This document shows positions 38,728 to 50,155 of a DNA stretch of 64,000 nucleotides, piece by piece (position 1 is the first letter of the stretch; each line of letters starts with the position of its first letter). The DNA comes from Pseudomonadota bacterium. GTDB lineage: Bacteria > Pseudomonadota > Gammaproteobacteria > Burkholderiales > Burkholderiaceae_C. The notes beneath the pieces are model-generated. The model saw only the letters and a program-made list of their open reading frames with translations. It searched no databases and was not told the DNA's origin. Position numbers and translations under genes: made by a program. Where the stretch lies: contig JAKCDM010000002.1 in the NCBI GenBank assembly GCA_021841865.1, positions 2,071-66,070 on the forward strand. Direction: 5' to 3'.

Positions 38728-41727
38728 ATGCCCCGAAGCTGGCTGCGCCGGCTGTTGCGGGCGCTGGCCGGCGCCGGCGCCGCGCTGCTGTTCGCGTTGG
38801 CAGCCGCGCCGGTACAGGCCGCCCCGCGGGTGCTTCGCGTCGTCACCGACAACAACTACCCTCCCTACCTGTTCCTGAACAGCCAGGGACGCGCCGAGGG
38901 CTACCTGGTCGACCTGTGGAAGCTCTGGCAGGCCAAGACCGGAATCAAGGTCGATCTCGAACCGATGCAGTGGGCGCAGGCCCAGCGCGCGATGCACGAT
39001 GGCCGGGCCGACGTGATCGACATGATCTTCCGCACCCCGGTGCGCGACCAGCTCTACGAGTTTTCCCGCCCCTACTCCACGCAGACCGTGGGCATCTACG
39101 TGGATCACAACATCGCGGGAATCACCGGTCCACGCTCGCTGCGGGGCTTCACCATCGGGGTCGAGCGCGGCGACGCCTGCATCGACAAGCTCGGCAGCCT
39201 GGGAATCACGCGCCTGGCCGCCTTTCCCAACTACATGGGGATCCTGAACGCCGCCAGTTCGGGCGCCATCAAGATGTTCTGCATGGACGATGACCCCGCG
39301 AACTACTACTTGTACCTGTTGCGGGACCAGCTGCGCTTCGCCAAGGCCTTCACGCTCTACGAGGGCCATTTCCACTGGGCCGTGAACCGCGGCGACAACG
39401 CCACGTTCGCGCTGGTGACGCACGGCATGCAGATGATCACTCCGGCCGAGCGAGCGGCGTTGCGGCGCAAGTGGTTCTCGCAGCCGCTGCAGTTCAGGCC
39501 CTACCTGCGCGCGGTGGGAATCGGCGCGGCGGCCGGGCTTGCCGTGCTGGCGATCGCGGCCGCCTGGATCTGGTTGCTGCGAAGCGCGGTGCGAAGCCGC
39601 ACCGCCGAGATCTCGGCCAAGAACGAGCAGTTGCAGCTGCAGTCGCGGGAACTGGTGGCCGAGCACGCGAACCTGCTGGCGCTGCTCGACAACACCCCCG
39701 ACGCGATGTGGCTGAAGGACCCGCAGGGCACCTACGTGCACTGCAACGCGGCCGCGGCGAACCTGATCGGCTTGCCGCGCGAGCAGGTCATCGGGCGCAG
39801 CGATGCGCAGATCCATGCCGATGCCGGCCTCGCCACGCTGGCGCGCAGCATCGACCAGGAAGTCATGCACAGCGGGACCACGTATCGCGGCGAGGAGAAG
39901 GTGGTCGGCCGCGACAACTTGGCGCGCGACATCGAAGTCCTCAAGGTTCCCATCCGGGCTCCGGACGGGGAGATCCTCGGGGTGCTCGGTGTCGGCCGGG
40001 ATATCAGCGAACGCAGGCGCGCGGAGCACGAGCAGCAACTGGCCGCCGTGGCCTTCGAGAGCCAGGACGGCATGATCGTGACCGACGCGAACGGAATCAT
40101 CGAACGAGTGAACACCGCGTTCACGCGGATCACCGGATATGCCCCGGCCGACATTGTCGGCAAGCCGCCGGCGATCCTGCGCTCGGGCCGATACGGACCC
40201 GACTTCTACGACAGGATGCGCGCCGAGCTGTCGGCGCAGGGGATCTGGCGCGGGGAGATCGTCGATCGTCGCCGCAACGGGGAACTCTTCACGGCGCGCG
40301 TGTCGATCGCGTCGGTGACCGATGCGCAGGGGCGACTGCTGCACTACGTCGGAACCTTCCAGGACATCACCGTCGAGCACCAGGCGCGCCAGGAAGCCGA
40401 GCACCTCAAGCTGTTCGATCCGCTGACCAACCTGCCCAATCGCAGCCTGCTGGACGATCGCATCGCCCATGCGCAGGCCAGCAGCGCCGAGTCCCAGCAG
40501 TTCGGCACGGTGCTGATGATCGACCTCGACGACTTCCAGCGCGTCAACGACGCGCTGGGCCACAGTGTCGGCGACGAGTTGCTGGTCGAGGTCGGGCGGC
40601 GCATCCAGTGGGCCGTGCGCGAGGGCGACACCGTCGGGCGCTTCAGCGGCGACAACTTTGTCGTCGTGGTCGAGGACCTGGGCCCGGAACAGGCCCATGC
40701 GGTGACGCGGGCCATGGAGATCGCCGAGAAGGTCCGGCACGCCATCGCGGAGCCGGTTCGGCTGGATGGCCAGGCTCTGGTGTGCACGGCGTCGGTCGGC
40801 GCGACCGTGTTCCTCGGCAACACGGCAAAGTATGGTGTGTTGCTGCGCAAGGCCGAACTCGCGATGTACAAGTGCAAGCAGCGCGGAGGCAATACCGCGC
40901 GCATGTTCGAGGATGAGATGCAAGCCGAGGTCGAGGCGCGCACGCGCGTGGAATCCGAGCTTCGCGTGGCCATCGAGCAGCAGCAGTTCGTGCTGCATTA
41001 CCAGCCGCAGGTCGATGACCAGGGCCGCTGGATCGGAGCGGAGGCGCTGGTGCGCTGGCAGCATCCGCAGCGCGGGCTCGTGTACCCGGGAGAGTTCATC
41101 GCGCTGGCCGAGGACACCGGGTTGATCGAGCCCATCGGACGCTGGGTGCTGGCGCAGGCGTGCAGCCAGCTGGCGCAGTGGTCGCGCCACGAGGCCTTGC
41201 GCGAGCTCACGCTGTCGGTCAACGTCAGCACGCGCCAGTTCCGCTCGCCCGGATTCGTCCACGAAGTCCTCGACGAGCTCGCTCGCTTCGGCACGCGACC
41301 GGATCGGCTGAAGCTGGAGATCACCGAAAGCGTGGCCATCGACGACTTCGACACCTCGGTCGGGAAACTGCAGACCTTGCGCGACGCCGGGCTGCTGCTG
41401 TCGATCGACGACTTCGGCACCGGCAACTCGTCGCTCACGTACCTGACCCGGCTGCCGCTGCACCAGTTGAAGATCGACAAGTCCTTCGTCGACGACCTGC
41501 CGGCCAGCCACAGCGCGGCGATGGTGGCGCAAACCATCATCGCGATGGGCAGCGGACTCGGCCTGCACGTGATCGCCGAGGGCGTCGAGACGCCCGAGCA
41601 GCGGCAGTTCCTGGCCGCGCATGGCTGCCATGCCTACCAGGGCTACCTGTTCAGCCGCCCGGTTCCGCTGGACGAATTCGAGCGCAACGCGGGCGCCGCA
41701 GCGGATTCGCGGCCCACGGCCGCATAA
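38728..41727 (+). CDS. c-di-GMP enzyme: periplasmic SBP_bac_3 sensor-TM-PAS-PAS-GGDEF(degenerate SGDNF)-EAL
   Basis: DNNYPPY...GYLVDLW PBP domain; TM helix; two PAS (WLKDPQGTYVHCN; VTDANGIIERVN.AF..ITGY); FDPLTNLPNR; REGD-x5-SGDNF; AEALVRW; IDDFGTG. Confidence 0.92.
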   Translation: MPRSWLRRLLRALAGAGAALLFALAAAPVQAAPRVLRVVTDNNYPPYLFLNSQGRAEGYLVDLWKLWQAKTGIKVDLEPMQWAQAQRAMHDGRADVIDMIFRTPVRDQLYEFSRPYSTQTVGIYVDHNIAGITGPRSLRGFTIGVERGDACIDKLGSLGITRLAAFPNYMGILNAASSGAIKMFCMDDDPANYYLYLLRDQLRFAKAFTLYEGHFHWAVNRGDNATFALVTHGMQMITPAERAALRRKWFSQPLQFRPYLRAVGIGAAAGLAVLAIAAAWIWLLRSAVRSRTAEISAKNEQLQLQSRELVAEHANLLALLDNTPDAMWLKDPQGTYVHCNAAAANLIGLPREQVIGRSDAQIHADAGLATLARSIDQEVMHSGTTYRGEEKVVGRDNLARDIEVLKVPIRAPDGEILGVLGVGRDISERRRAEHEQQLAAVAFESQDGMIVTDANGIIERVNTAFTRITGYAPADIVGKPPAILRSGRYGPDFYDRMRAELSAQGIWRGEIVDRRRNGELFTARVSIASVTDAQGRLLHYVGTFQDITVEHQARQEAEHLKLFDPLTNLPNRSLLDDRIAHAQASSAESQQFGTVLMIDLDDFQRVNDALGHSVGDELLVEVGRRIQWAVREGDTVGRFSGDNFVVVVEDLGPEQAHAVTRAMEIAEKVRHAIAEPVRLDGQALVCTASVGATVFLGNTAKYGVLLRKAELAMYKCKQRGGNTARMFEDEMQAEVEARTRVESELRVAIEQQQFVLHYQPQVDDQGRWIGAEALVRWQHPQRGLVYPGEFIALAEDTGLIEPIGRWVLAQACSQLAQWSRHEALRELTLSVNVSTRQFRSPGFVHEVLDELARFGTRPDRLKLEITESVAIDDFDTSVGKLQTLRDAGLLLSIDDFGTGNSSLTYLTRLPLHQLKIDKSFVDDLPASHSAAMVAQTIIAMGSGLGLHVIAEGVETPEQRQFLAAHGCHAYQGYLFSRPVPLDEFERNAGAAADSRPTAA

Positions 41728-41754
41728 GAGCCCCATCGAAAGGACCTTCCGTTC

Positions 41755-43065
41755 ATGCGAGCAAGGTGGATTGCCAGCGCCGTTCTGTGCCTGTTCGCGG
41801 GCGCGGCCCACGCGCGTGCGACGAACCTGGTCGTCGCCACCGTCGACAATGCGCAGATGCTGCAGATGCAGCGACTCACGCCGGTGTTCGAGCAACAGCA
41901 CCCGGGCATCAAGGTCCGCTGGGTCATCCTGCCCGAGGGCTCGCTGCGCAGGACCGTGGCCACCGACATCACGACGCAGGGCGAGCAGTTCGACATCGTG
42001 ACCGTCGGCCTGTTTGAAACCCCGCTGTGGGCGCGGCGAGGCTGGCTCCAGCCGCTGCGCCTGGATGCCGGCTACGACACGGCCGATCTGCTGCGACCGA
42101 TCCGCGAGGGCCTGTCGTGGCGCGGCGAGCTCTACGCGGCGCCCTTCTACGGCGAGAGCTCGATGCTGTTGTACCGCAAGGACCTGCTGCGCCAGGCCGG
42201 CCTGCGCATGCCCGCGCAACCGACGTGGAGCCAGGTCGCCGGGCTGGCTGCCAAGCTGAACGATCCGGCGCATGGCGTGCACGGGATCTGCCTGCGAGCC
42301 AGGCCCGGCTGGGGCGAGAACATGTCCCTCGTGACCACGATGGTCAACAGTTTCGGGGGGCAGTGGTTCGACATGGGCTGGCGCCCGCAGCTGCTGGGAA
42401 GGCCCTGGCTGCAGGCCGTCGGGATGTACGTGGACCTGCTGCGCAAGTACGGCCCGGCGGACGCGGCGGATCGAAATTTCAACGGCAACCTGGCGCTGTT
42501 CGAGCAGGGGGACTGCGCGATGTGGGTCGACGCCTCGGTCGCTGCCGGCTTCGTCACCAACCCCGGCTCGAGCAAGGTGGCCGATGACGTCGGCTTCGCG
42601 CCTGCGCCGATCGAGGTCACGGCCAGGGGCTCGCACTGGCTGTGGGCGTGGGCGCTGGCGATCCCGGCCGATGTCGACGCCGCACAGGCCGCGGCGGCGC
42701 GCAGCTTCATCGAATGGGCGACCTCGCGCGACTACGTGCGCCTGGTCGCGCAGCGCTTCGGCTGGGGCCTGGTTCCGTCGGGAACGCGCGACTCCACCTA
42801 CGCCGATCCGCGCTTCCAGGCCGCGGCGCCCTGGGCGCATGTGGAATGGCAGGCCATCGAAAGCGCCGACCCGCGCGATGCGACGCTGCCCAGGAGCCCG
42901 TACACGGGGGTGCAGATAGTGGAGATCGCCGGCTTCCCGTCCATCGGCGACGAGGTCGGGCGCCAGATCAGCCTCGCCGTGCGCGGAGAGATCAGCACCC
43001 TGCAGGCGCTGCGCACCGCGCAGGCCGCCACGCAGCACCAGATGCTTCTGGACGGCTACCGCTGA
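41755..43065 (+). CDS. Sugar/polyol ABC-type substrate-binding protein (SmoE/MtlE-like), no cognate permease nearby
   Basis: Signal peptide; ATVDNAQM..MQ.L, LRRTVATDI.T.G.QFD, YAAPFYGESSM..YRKDL, GICLR..PGWGEN, CAMWVDAS, WLWAWALAIP and PYTGVQ motifs. Confidence 0.88.
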   Translation: MRARWIASAVLCLFAGAAHARATNLVVATVDNAQMLQMQRLTPVFEQQHPGIKVRWVILPEGSLRRTVATDITTQGEQFDIVTVGLFETPLWARRGWLQPLRLDAGYDTADLLRPIREGLSWRGELYAAPFYGESSMLLYRKDLLRQAGLRMPAQPTWSQVAGLAAKLNDPAHGVHGICLRARPGWGENMSLVTTMVNSFGGQWFDMGWRPQLLGRPWLQAVGMYVDLLRKYGPADAADRNFNGNLALFEQGDCAMWVDASVAAGFVTNPGSSKVADDVGFAPAPIEVTARGSHWLWAWALAIPADVDAAQAAAARSFIEWATSRDYVRLVAQRFGWGLVPSGTRDSTYADPRFQAAAPWAHVEWQAIESADPRDATLPRSPYTGVQIVEIAGFPSIGDEVGRQISLAVRGEISTLQALRTAQAATQHQMLLDGYR

Positions 43066-43068
43066 GCT

Positions 43069-44088
43069 TCAGTCGGGAAAGGCCTCGGAATCGATTTCCG
43101 CCAGCGTGCCCGGCGCGTAGCGTGCGCCGACCACGTTGCCCTGGTGGATCATGGACTGCAGGCGCCGCAGCGTCGCCTCATCCAGGCGCAGGTCGAGCGC
43201 CCCCAGGTTTTCCTGCAGGTGCTGCTCGCTGGTGGTGCCCGGGATCACCATCAGCTGCTCGTCCTGCGCCAGCAGCCAGGCCAGCGCGAGCTGCGCCGGC
43301 GTGCAGCCGAGTTCGGCCGCGAGGGCCTCGAAGGGCGGCAGCAACTCGAGGTTGCGCGCATAGGCCTGCGGCGCGAAGCGCGGCATGCCGCGGCGAATGT
43401 CCTTCGGCGCCAGGGTCTCGACTTCGCGCAGGCGTGCGCCGAGAAAGCCCCGAGCCAGCGGGCTGAACGCCACCAGCGAGACGCCGAGCTCGCGGCAGGC
43501 GTCGAGCATCGCGATCTCCGGGTTGCGGGTCCACAGCGAGTATTCGTTCTGCACCGCCGCGATCGGGTGCACCGCATGCGCCCGGCGCAAGGTCTGCGCC
43601 GACACCTCGGACAAGCCGATCGAGCGCACCTTGCCGTCGCGCACCAGGTCGGCCAGCGCGCCCACGCTGTCCTCGAGCGGCACGCTCTTGTCCCAGCGAT
43701 GCAGGTAATACAGGTCGATGACCTCGGTGCGCAGGCGCCGCAGGCTCTGCTCGCAGTTGCGTCGCAGGGTCTCGGGGCGCCCGTCGATCACGCGCTTGCC
43801 GTCGACCCCGGCCATGCCGCCCTTGCTGGCGAGCAGGATGCGCCCGCGATGCGGCGCCAGCACGCGCCCCAGCAGCTCCTCGTTGGCACCGAAGCCGTAC
43901 AGCGCCGCGGTGTCGAACAGCTCGACGCCGAGGTCGAGCGCGCGCAGCAGCACCCGCTCGGCCTGTTCGGGCGCCGGCGGCACGCCGTAGGCGTGGCTGA
44001 GGTTCATGCAACCCAGCCCGATGGGCATCACCTTCCCGGGGCCGAGGGCGCGCCGCGTCACGGCCTGCTCGCGCGTGGATTGCGCCAT
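43069..44088 (-). CDS. Aldo/keto reductase
   Basis: IGLGCMNLS, FDTAALYG, IDLYYLHR, GKVRSIGLSE, QNEYSLW and IPGT motifs; last gene of the lig operon. Confidence 0.92.
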   Translation of the reverse strand: MAQSTREQAVTRRALGPGKVMPIGLGCMNLSHAYGVPPAPEQAERVLLRALDLGVELFDTAALYGFGANEELLGRVLAPHRGRILLASKGGMAGVDGKRVIDGRPETLRRNCEQSLRRLRTEVIDLYYLHRWDKSVPLEDSVGALADLVRDGKVRSIGLSEVSAQTLRRAHAVHPIAAVQNEYSLWTRNPEIAMLDACRELGVSLVAFSPLARGFLGARLREVETLAPKDIRRGMPRFAPQAYARNLELLPPFEALAAELGCTPAQLALAWLLAQDEQLMVIPGTTSEQHLQENLGALDLRLDEATLRRLQSMIHQGNVVGARYAPGTLAEIDSEAFPD

Positions 44089-44092
44089 GGCC

Positions 44093-45055
44093 TCAGCCCT
44101 GCGATGCAAGCTGCTTTTCCAGTCGGTCGAGCACGCGGTAGCAGGGCAGCACCGACGCCACGCTGGCGTTGGGTTCGCGCCCTTCGCGAATGGCCGCGAA
44201 GAACTCGCGATCCTGCAGCTCGATTCCGTTCATCGACACGTCCACCTTGCTGACGTCGATGGGCTGGTCCTTGCCGTCGACGAGATCGTCGTAGCGCGCG
44301 ATGTAGGTGCCGTTGTCGCAGATGTAGCGGAAGAAGGTTCCCAGCGGTCCGTCGTTGTTGAACGACAGCGACAACGTGCAGATGGCACCGCTGCTGCTCT
44401 TGAGCTGGATGCTCATGTCCATCGCGATGCCGAGTTCGGGGTGGATCGGCCCCTGCACGGCGTGCGCCTGCACGATCTCGCCGCCGGACTGCCACGCGAA
44501 CAGGTCCACCGTGTGCGCCGCGTGGTGCCACAGCAGGTGGTCGGTCCAGCTGCGCGGCTGGCCCAGCGCGTTCATGTTGGTGCGCCGGAAAAAGTAGGTC
44601 TGTACGTCCATCTGCTGCACGCGCAGTTCGCCGGCGCCGATGCGCCGGTGCACCCACTGGTGGCTGGGATTGAAGCGACGCGTGTGGCCGACCATCGCGA
44701 CCAGGCCACTGCGCCTTTGCTCGTCGACCACCGCCTGCGCTTCGTCCAGGCTGTCGGCCAGCGGGATCTCGACCTCCACGTGCTTGCCGGCGCGCAGGCA
44801 CTGCAGCGCCTGCGCGGCGTGCATCTGCGTCGGGGTGCACAGGATCACCGCATCCACCTCGGGCAGCGCCACGCTGTCGGCCAGGTCGGTGGTGACGTGA
44901 CGTACCCCGTACTTCTCGGCGACCGCGCGGGTCTTGTCGAGTTCGCGCCCGACCAGCGACACCACCTCGACCCCGTCGATGTTGCGGATCGCGTCGAGGT
45001 GCTTGATGCCGAAGGCGCCGGCACCGGCCAGCGCGACCTTGATGGCTTGGGTCAT
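44093..45055 (-). CDS. ligC: 4-carboxy-2-hydroxymuconate-6-semialdehyde dehydrogenase
   Basis: Gfo/Idh/MocA family; GAGAFG, VEIP, GHTRRFNPSHQW and RSWTDHLLWHHAAHTVD motifs. Confidence 0.93.
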   Translation of the reverse strand: MTQAIKVALAGAGAFGIKHLDAIRNIDGVEVVSLVGRELDKTRAVAEKYGVRHVTTDLADSVALPEVDAVILCTPTQMHAAQALQCLRAGKHVEVEIPLADSLDEAQAVVDEQRRSGLVAMVGHTRRFNPSHQWVHRRIGAGELRVQQMDVQTYFFRRTNMNALGQPRSWTDHLLWHHAAHTVDLFAWQSGGEIVQAHAVQGPIHPELGIAMDMSIQLKSSSGAICTLSLSFNNDGPLGTFFRYICDNGTYIARYDDLVDGKDQPIDVSKVDVSMNGIELQDREFFAAIREGREPNASVASVLPCYRVLDRLEKQLASQG

Positions 45056-46333
<1,278 letters not shown>

Positions 46334-47257
46334 TCAGGCGATTTCGGGCCAGTACAGGCGCATCGGATTGTCCACCAGCAGCTTTCGCTGCAGTTCCGGC
46401 GTGGTCGCGATGTGCGGGATGAAATCGACCAGCAGCCCGTCGTCGGGCATGTGGTTCTTCAGGTTGGGATGCGGCCAGTCGGTGCCCCACAGCACACGGT
46501 CGGGGAAGGTCTCGACGATGCGCCGCGCGAACGGCACCACGTCGCGGTAGGCCGCCATCTCGCCATGCAGCGCCGGCGGGCCCGACACCGACAGGCGCTC
46601 CGGGCAGCTGACCTTGGACCATACGTTGGCGTGTTCGCGCATGAAGCGCACGAACAGCTCGAACTCCGGCCCGTCGACCGGCCTGGTGACGTCGGGGCGT
46701 CCCATGTGATCCACCACCACGGTGGTCGGCAGCGCCGTGAAGAAGTCCCACAGCTCGGGCAGGTCGACGGCCTCGAAATAGATCACCACGTGCCAGCCCA
46801 GCGGAGCGATTCGCGCGGCGATTTCCATCAGCTCGTCGCGCGGCGTGAAATCGACCAGGCGGCGCACGAAGTTGAAGCGCACCCCGCGCACGCCGGCGGC
46901 GTGCATGCGCTGCAACTCGGCGTCGGTGACGTCGCGCCGCACCGTGGCCACGCCGCGGGCGCGCCCGCCGGAATGCTCCAGCGCGTCGATCATCGCGCGG
47001 TTGTCGGCGCCATGGCAAGTCGCCTGCACGACCACGTTGCGCGCGAAGCCCAGGTGGTCGCGCAGCGCGAACAACTGCTCGCGCGATGCGTCGCAGGGGG
47101 TGTACTTGCGCTCGGGCGCATAGGGAAAGCGCTCGCCGGGGCCGAACACATGGCAGTGCGCGTCGACGCTGCCCGGCGGAACCCGGAAGCGCGGGCGCGA
47201 CGGTCCCTGGTACCAGTCCAGCCAGCCGGGAGTCTTCTCGAAAACCATGGAGCTCAT
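46334..47257 (-). CDS. ligI: 2-pyrone-4,6-dicarboxylate lactonase
   Basis: DAHCHVFGP, VQATCHGADN, DHMGRPDV and WGTDWPHPN motifs. Confidence 0.95.
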   Translation of the reverse strand: MSSMVFEKTPGWLDWYQGPSRPRFRVPPGSVDAHCHVFGPGERFPYAPERKYTPCDASREQLFALRDHLGFARNVVVQATCHGADNRAMIDALEHSGGRARGVATVRRDVTDAELQRMHAAGVRGVRFNFVRRLVDFTPRDELMEIAARIAPLGWHVVIYFEAVDLPELWDFFTALPTTVVVDHMGRPDVTRPVDGPEFELFVRFMREHANVWSKVSCPERLSVSGPPALHGEMAAYRDVVPFARRIVETFPDRVLWGTDWPHPNLKNHMPDDGLLVDFIPHIATTPELQRKLLVDNPMRLYWPEIA

Positions 47258-48198
47258 TCCTTGTCGTTGTCGCGTGCGGCGCGCAGCAGGCGGTCGGCCT
47301 CGGTGCGCCAGTCGGGGCTGCGCGCGAAGCCGGGCTCGCCGCGTCGCCCGAACACCCCGCGCTCGGCCAGATCGGCCACCCAGGCCTGGCGCTCGGCGCT
47401 GCCGGCTGCAGACCAGGGCTCGAGCCCGGCCTCCCGCACGGTGCGGGCGACCTCGCGCATTTCCTCGCTGCGCCGGCGCCCATGCTCGATCACGCGCTGG
47501 AAAAAGTACGCGCCCTGGCGCTCCCAGTCGATGCCGGGGAAGGTTTCGGCAAGCGACGCAAGCACGGCGTCCTCGACGCCGTAGGCGCGCGCAGCGCTGA
47601 AGCTCTCGATGACCATCGCTTCCAGGCCCTTGATCATCACGCTGCGGCACATCTTGGTGGCCGACACCACGCCCAGGCGGGCGTCGCCGAAGCGCGCGCC
47701 GGCAAAGCCCAGCGCCTGCAGCGCGGGCTCGAGGGCATGCGCGTGCGCGCCACCCAGCAGCATCGGCACCTTGCTGCGATACGGCGGCACCGAGGTCATC
47801 ACCGCGGCCTCGACATAGCGCCCGCCGGCGCCGTCCACCGCCTGCGCGGCCTGCGTCTTCGCGCCCGGTGACGCCGAATTGACGTCGACGAACCAGCAGC
47901 CGGCGCGCAGCGACGCCGCGCACTCGAGCGCCACCGCCACCGCCTGGCTGGCGGTCACCGCGCTGAGCACCAGCTCGCAGGAGCCGGCCAGCTCGGCGGC
48001 CGACGCCGCCGTCGCGATGCCGTGGGCACGCGCATGCTCGCGCAGTTCGGCGCCCTGCCCGTCGGCGAGCTTGCGGTCCCAGGCCAGCACATGCGGCAGG
48101 CCCAGCGCGCGCAGGTCCTCGGCGACGATGCGCCCGACCTCGCCGTAGCCGATCAGGCCCACGCGCCAGGCGCGCGCCGCCTCTTGAAGGTCGTCCAT
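47254..48198 (-). CDS. NAD(P)-dependent oxidoreductase (6PGD/HIBADH-like N-domain plus DUF1932-like C-domain)
   Basis: GLIGYGEVG, DVNSASPGAK, YVEAAVM, KMCRSVMIKGLEA and HGRRRSEEM motifs. Confidence 0.85.
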   Translation of the reverse strand: MDDLQEAARAWRVGLIGYGEVGRIVAEDLRALGLPHVLAWDRKLADGQGAELREHARAHGIATAASAAELAGSCELVLSAVTASQAVAVALECAASLRAGCWFVDVNSASPGAKTQAAQAVDGAGGRYVEAAVMTSVPPYRSKVPMLLGGAHAHALEPALQALGFAGARFGDARLGVVSATKMCRSVMIKGLEAMVIESFSAARAYGVEDAVLASLAETFPGIDWERQGAYFFQRVIEHGRRRSEEMREVARTVREAGLEPWSAAGSAERQAWVADLAERGVFGRRGEPGFARSPDWRTEADRLLRAARDNDKE

Positions 48199-48211
48199 GT
48201 CGGGCCGATGC

Positions 48212-48904
48212 TCAGTCGAGGTAACGCAAGCCGGCCTTTTCCAGCGGCTCGCGCATCTTGTACATGTCCAGCCCGAGCACTCCGGAGGCCAGCTTGGCAC
48301 GCTTGTCGGCTTCGTTGGCCTCGCGCGCCGCGGCAGCCTCGGCGGTGGCGGCGGCCACGGCCGCCGGCACGACCACCACGCCGTCGTCGTCGGCGACGAT
48401 CACGTCGCCGGGGTTGACCTGCGCGCCGGCGCAGACCACCGGGATGTTCACCGAACCCAGCGTGGCCTTGATGGTTCCCTTGGCGCTGATGTGGCGGCTC
48501 CAAACCGGGAACTGCATGGCCGTGAGGTCCTTCACGTCGCGCACGCCGGCGTCGATGATCAGGCCGCGCGCCCCCTGGGCGCGAAACGACGTCGCCAGCA
48601 GGTCGCCGAAGTAGCCGTCGCTGCATTCGGCGCTGACCGCGGCCACGACCACGTCGCCCGCGCGGATCTGCTCGGCCGCCACATGCATCATCCAGTTGTC
48701 GCCAGGGTGCAGCAGCACGGTCACCGCGGTGCCGCACAGGTGGGCGCCGGAGTAGATGGGACGCATGTACGGCTTCATCAGGCCGACGCGGCCCATGGCC
48801 TCGTGCACGGTGGCGGAGCCGAAGCGCGACAGCGCCTGCACGGCATCGGCGTCGGCGCGCCGGATGTTCCGGTGCACCACTCCCAGGTTGTTGATCTGGC
48901 TCAT
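48212..48904 (-). CDS. ligK: 4-carboxy-4-hydroxy-2-oxoadipate aldolase
   Basis: [31 protein letters not shown] and [10 protein letters not shown] motifs. Confidence 0.95.
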   Translation of the reverse strand: MSQINNLGVVHRNIRRADADAVQALSRFGSATVHEAMGRVGLMKPYMRPIYSGAHLCGTAVTVLLHPGDNWMMHVAAEQIRAGDVVVAAVSAECSDGYFGDLLATSFRAQGARGLIIDAGVRDVKDLTAMQFPVWSRHISAKGTIKATLGSVNIPVVCAGAQVNPGDVIVADDDGVVVVPAAVAAATAEAAAAREANEADKRAKLASGVLGLDMYKMREPLEKAGLRYLD

Positions 48905-48920
48905 CGAGGTTCCTCCCGGT

Positions 48921-49946
48921 TCAAAGCCCGCGCGCCTTGAGCGCGGCGTCCAGTCGCGGATACACCCGGCGCGCGTTGCCTTCGTAGATCTTGGCGCGCT
49001 GCTGCGGGTCGATCGCGGCGGCTTCGATGTAGCGCATGGTGTCGTCGTAGTGGTGCCCGGTGAGCGGGTCGATGCCGCGCACGGCGCCGATCATTTCCGA
49101 CGCGAACAGGATGTTGTCCACCGGGATCACGCGCGTCAGCAGGTCGATTCCGGGCTGGTGGTAGACGCAGGTGTCGAAAAAGATGTTGTTCAGCAGGTGC
49201 TCCTGCAGCAGCGGCTTCTTCAGCTCCTGCGCCAGGCCGCGGAAACGCCCCCAGTGGTACGGAACTGCGCCGCCGCCATGGGGAATGACGAACCTCAGGG
49301 TCGGGAAATCCTTGAACAGGTCCCCGGTGAGGCATTGCATGAAGGCCGTCGTGTCGGCGTTCAGGTAGTGCGCCCCGGTGGTGTGGAAGCAGGCATTGCA
49401 GCTGGTGCTCACGTGCACCATGGCCGGAATGTCGTACTCGACCATCTTCTCGTAGATCGGGTACCACCAGCGGTCGGTCAGCGGCGGCTCCTTCCAGTGG
49501 CCGCCGGACGGGTCCGGGTTCAGGTTGATGGCGACGAAACCATAGTCCTTCACGCAGCGCTCGAGCTCGGGGATCGAAGTGCGCGGATCCACGCCGGGCG
49601 ACTGCGGCAGCATGGCCGCGCCGATGAAATGCTCGGGGAACAGCCCGGACACGCGATGGCACAGCTCGTTGCAGATGCCGGCCCAGGTCGAGCTGGTGTT
49701 GAAGTCGCCGATATGGTGCGCCATGAAACTGGCGCGCGGCGAGAAGATGGTCAGGTCGCTGCCGCGCTGGCGCATCAGGCGCAGCTGGTTGGACTCGATG
49801 CTCTCGCGCAGCTCGTCGTCGCTGATTCGCAAGTCGGACACCTTCGGCCCGAGCTCGGGCGTGGCCAGGTTGTCGATCTGCGCCTTGCGCCATTGCTCCA
49901 GCGCCTTCGGCGCCGTGGTGTAGTGGCCGTGGCAATCAATGATCAT
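48921..49946 (-). CDS. ligJ: 4-oxalomesaconate hydratase
   Basis: [42 protein letters not shown] and [11 protein letters not shown] motifs. Confidence 0.95.
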   Translation of the reverse strand: MIIDCHGHYTTAPKALEQWRKAQIDNLATPELGPKVSDLRISDDELRESIESNQLRLMRQRGSDLTIFSPRASFMAHHIGDFNTSSTWAGICNELCHRVSGLFPEHFIGAAMLPQSPGVDPRTSIPELERCVKDYGFVAINLNPDPSGGHWKEPPLTDRWWYPIYEKMVEYDIPAMVHVSTSCNACFHTTGAHYLNADTTAFMQCLTGDLFKDFPTLRFVIPHGGGAVPYHWGRFRGLAQELKKPLLQEHLLNNIFFDTCVYHQPGIDLLTRVIPVDNILFASEMIGAVRGIDPLTGHHYDDTMRYIEAAAIDPQQRAKIYEGNARRVYPRLDAALKARGL

Positions 49947-50087
49947 CGGGGGTTCTCCGCTAGTCCAACGGGGGATACGGCTGCTCGCGGCTCCAGGCGC
50001 ATCGGCGGGCCCGCGCGCGATCCCATCACGCCCGCGCCGTCGCCCGCTGGTCTCGCGGGGTCGGTCGGGTACGGGATGGAGAGTTCC

Positions 50088-50155
50088 ATTATGGCAAGCC
50101 GGCCCGGCGCGTCCAAGAGCCCGCGCTGAGCTAGCAGCTATCACGAATTGATATG
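50088..50155 (-). promoter_or_regulatory. Putative LysR-activated promoter of the lig operon
   Basis: Minus strand TTGGAC-N17-CATAAT (50116 to 50088) plus CTAGCAGCTATCACGAATTGATATG (50131-50155) with a TATC-N7-GATA / T-N11-A box. Confidence 0.7.

Noticed and set aside
35850-43068. Mobile-element boundaries for the four-gene islet
   Set aside because: No integrase, transposase, tRNA or flanking direct repeat seen, so it is not called a mobile element.
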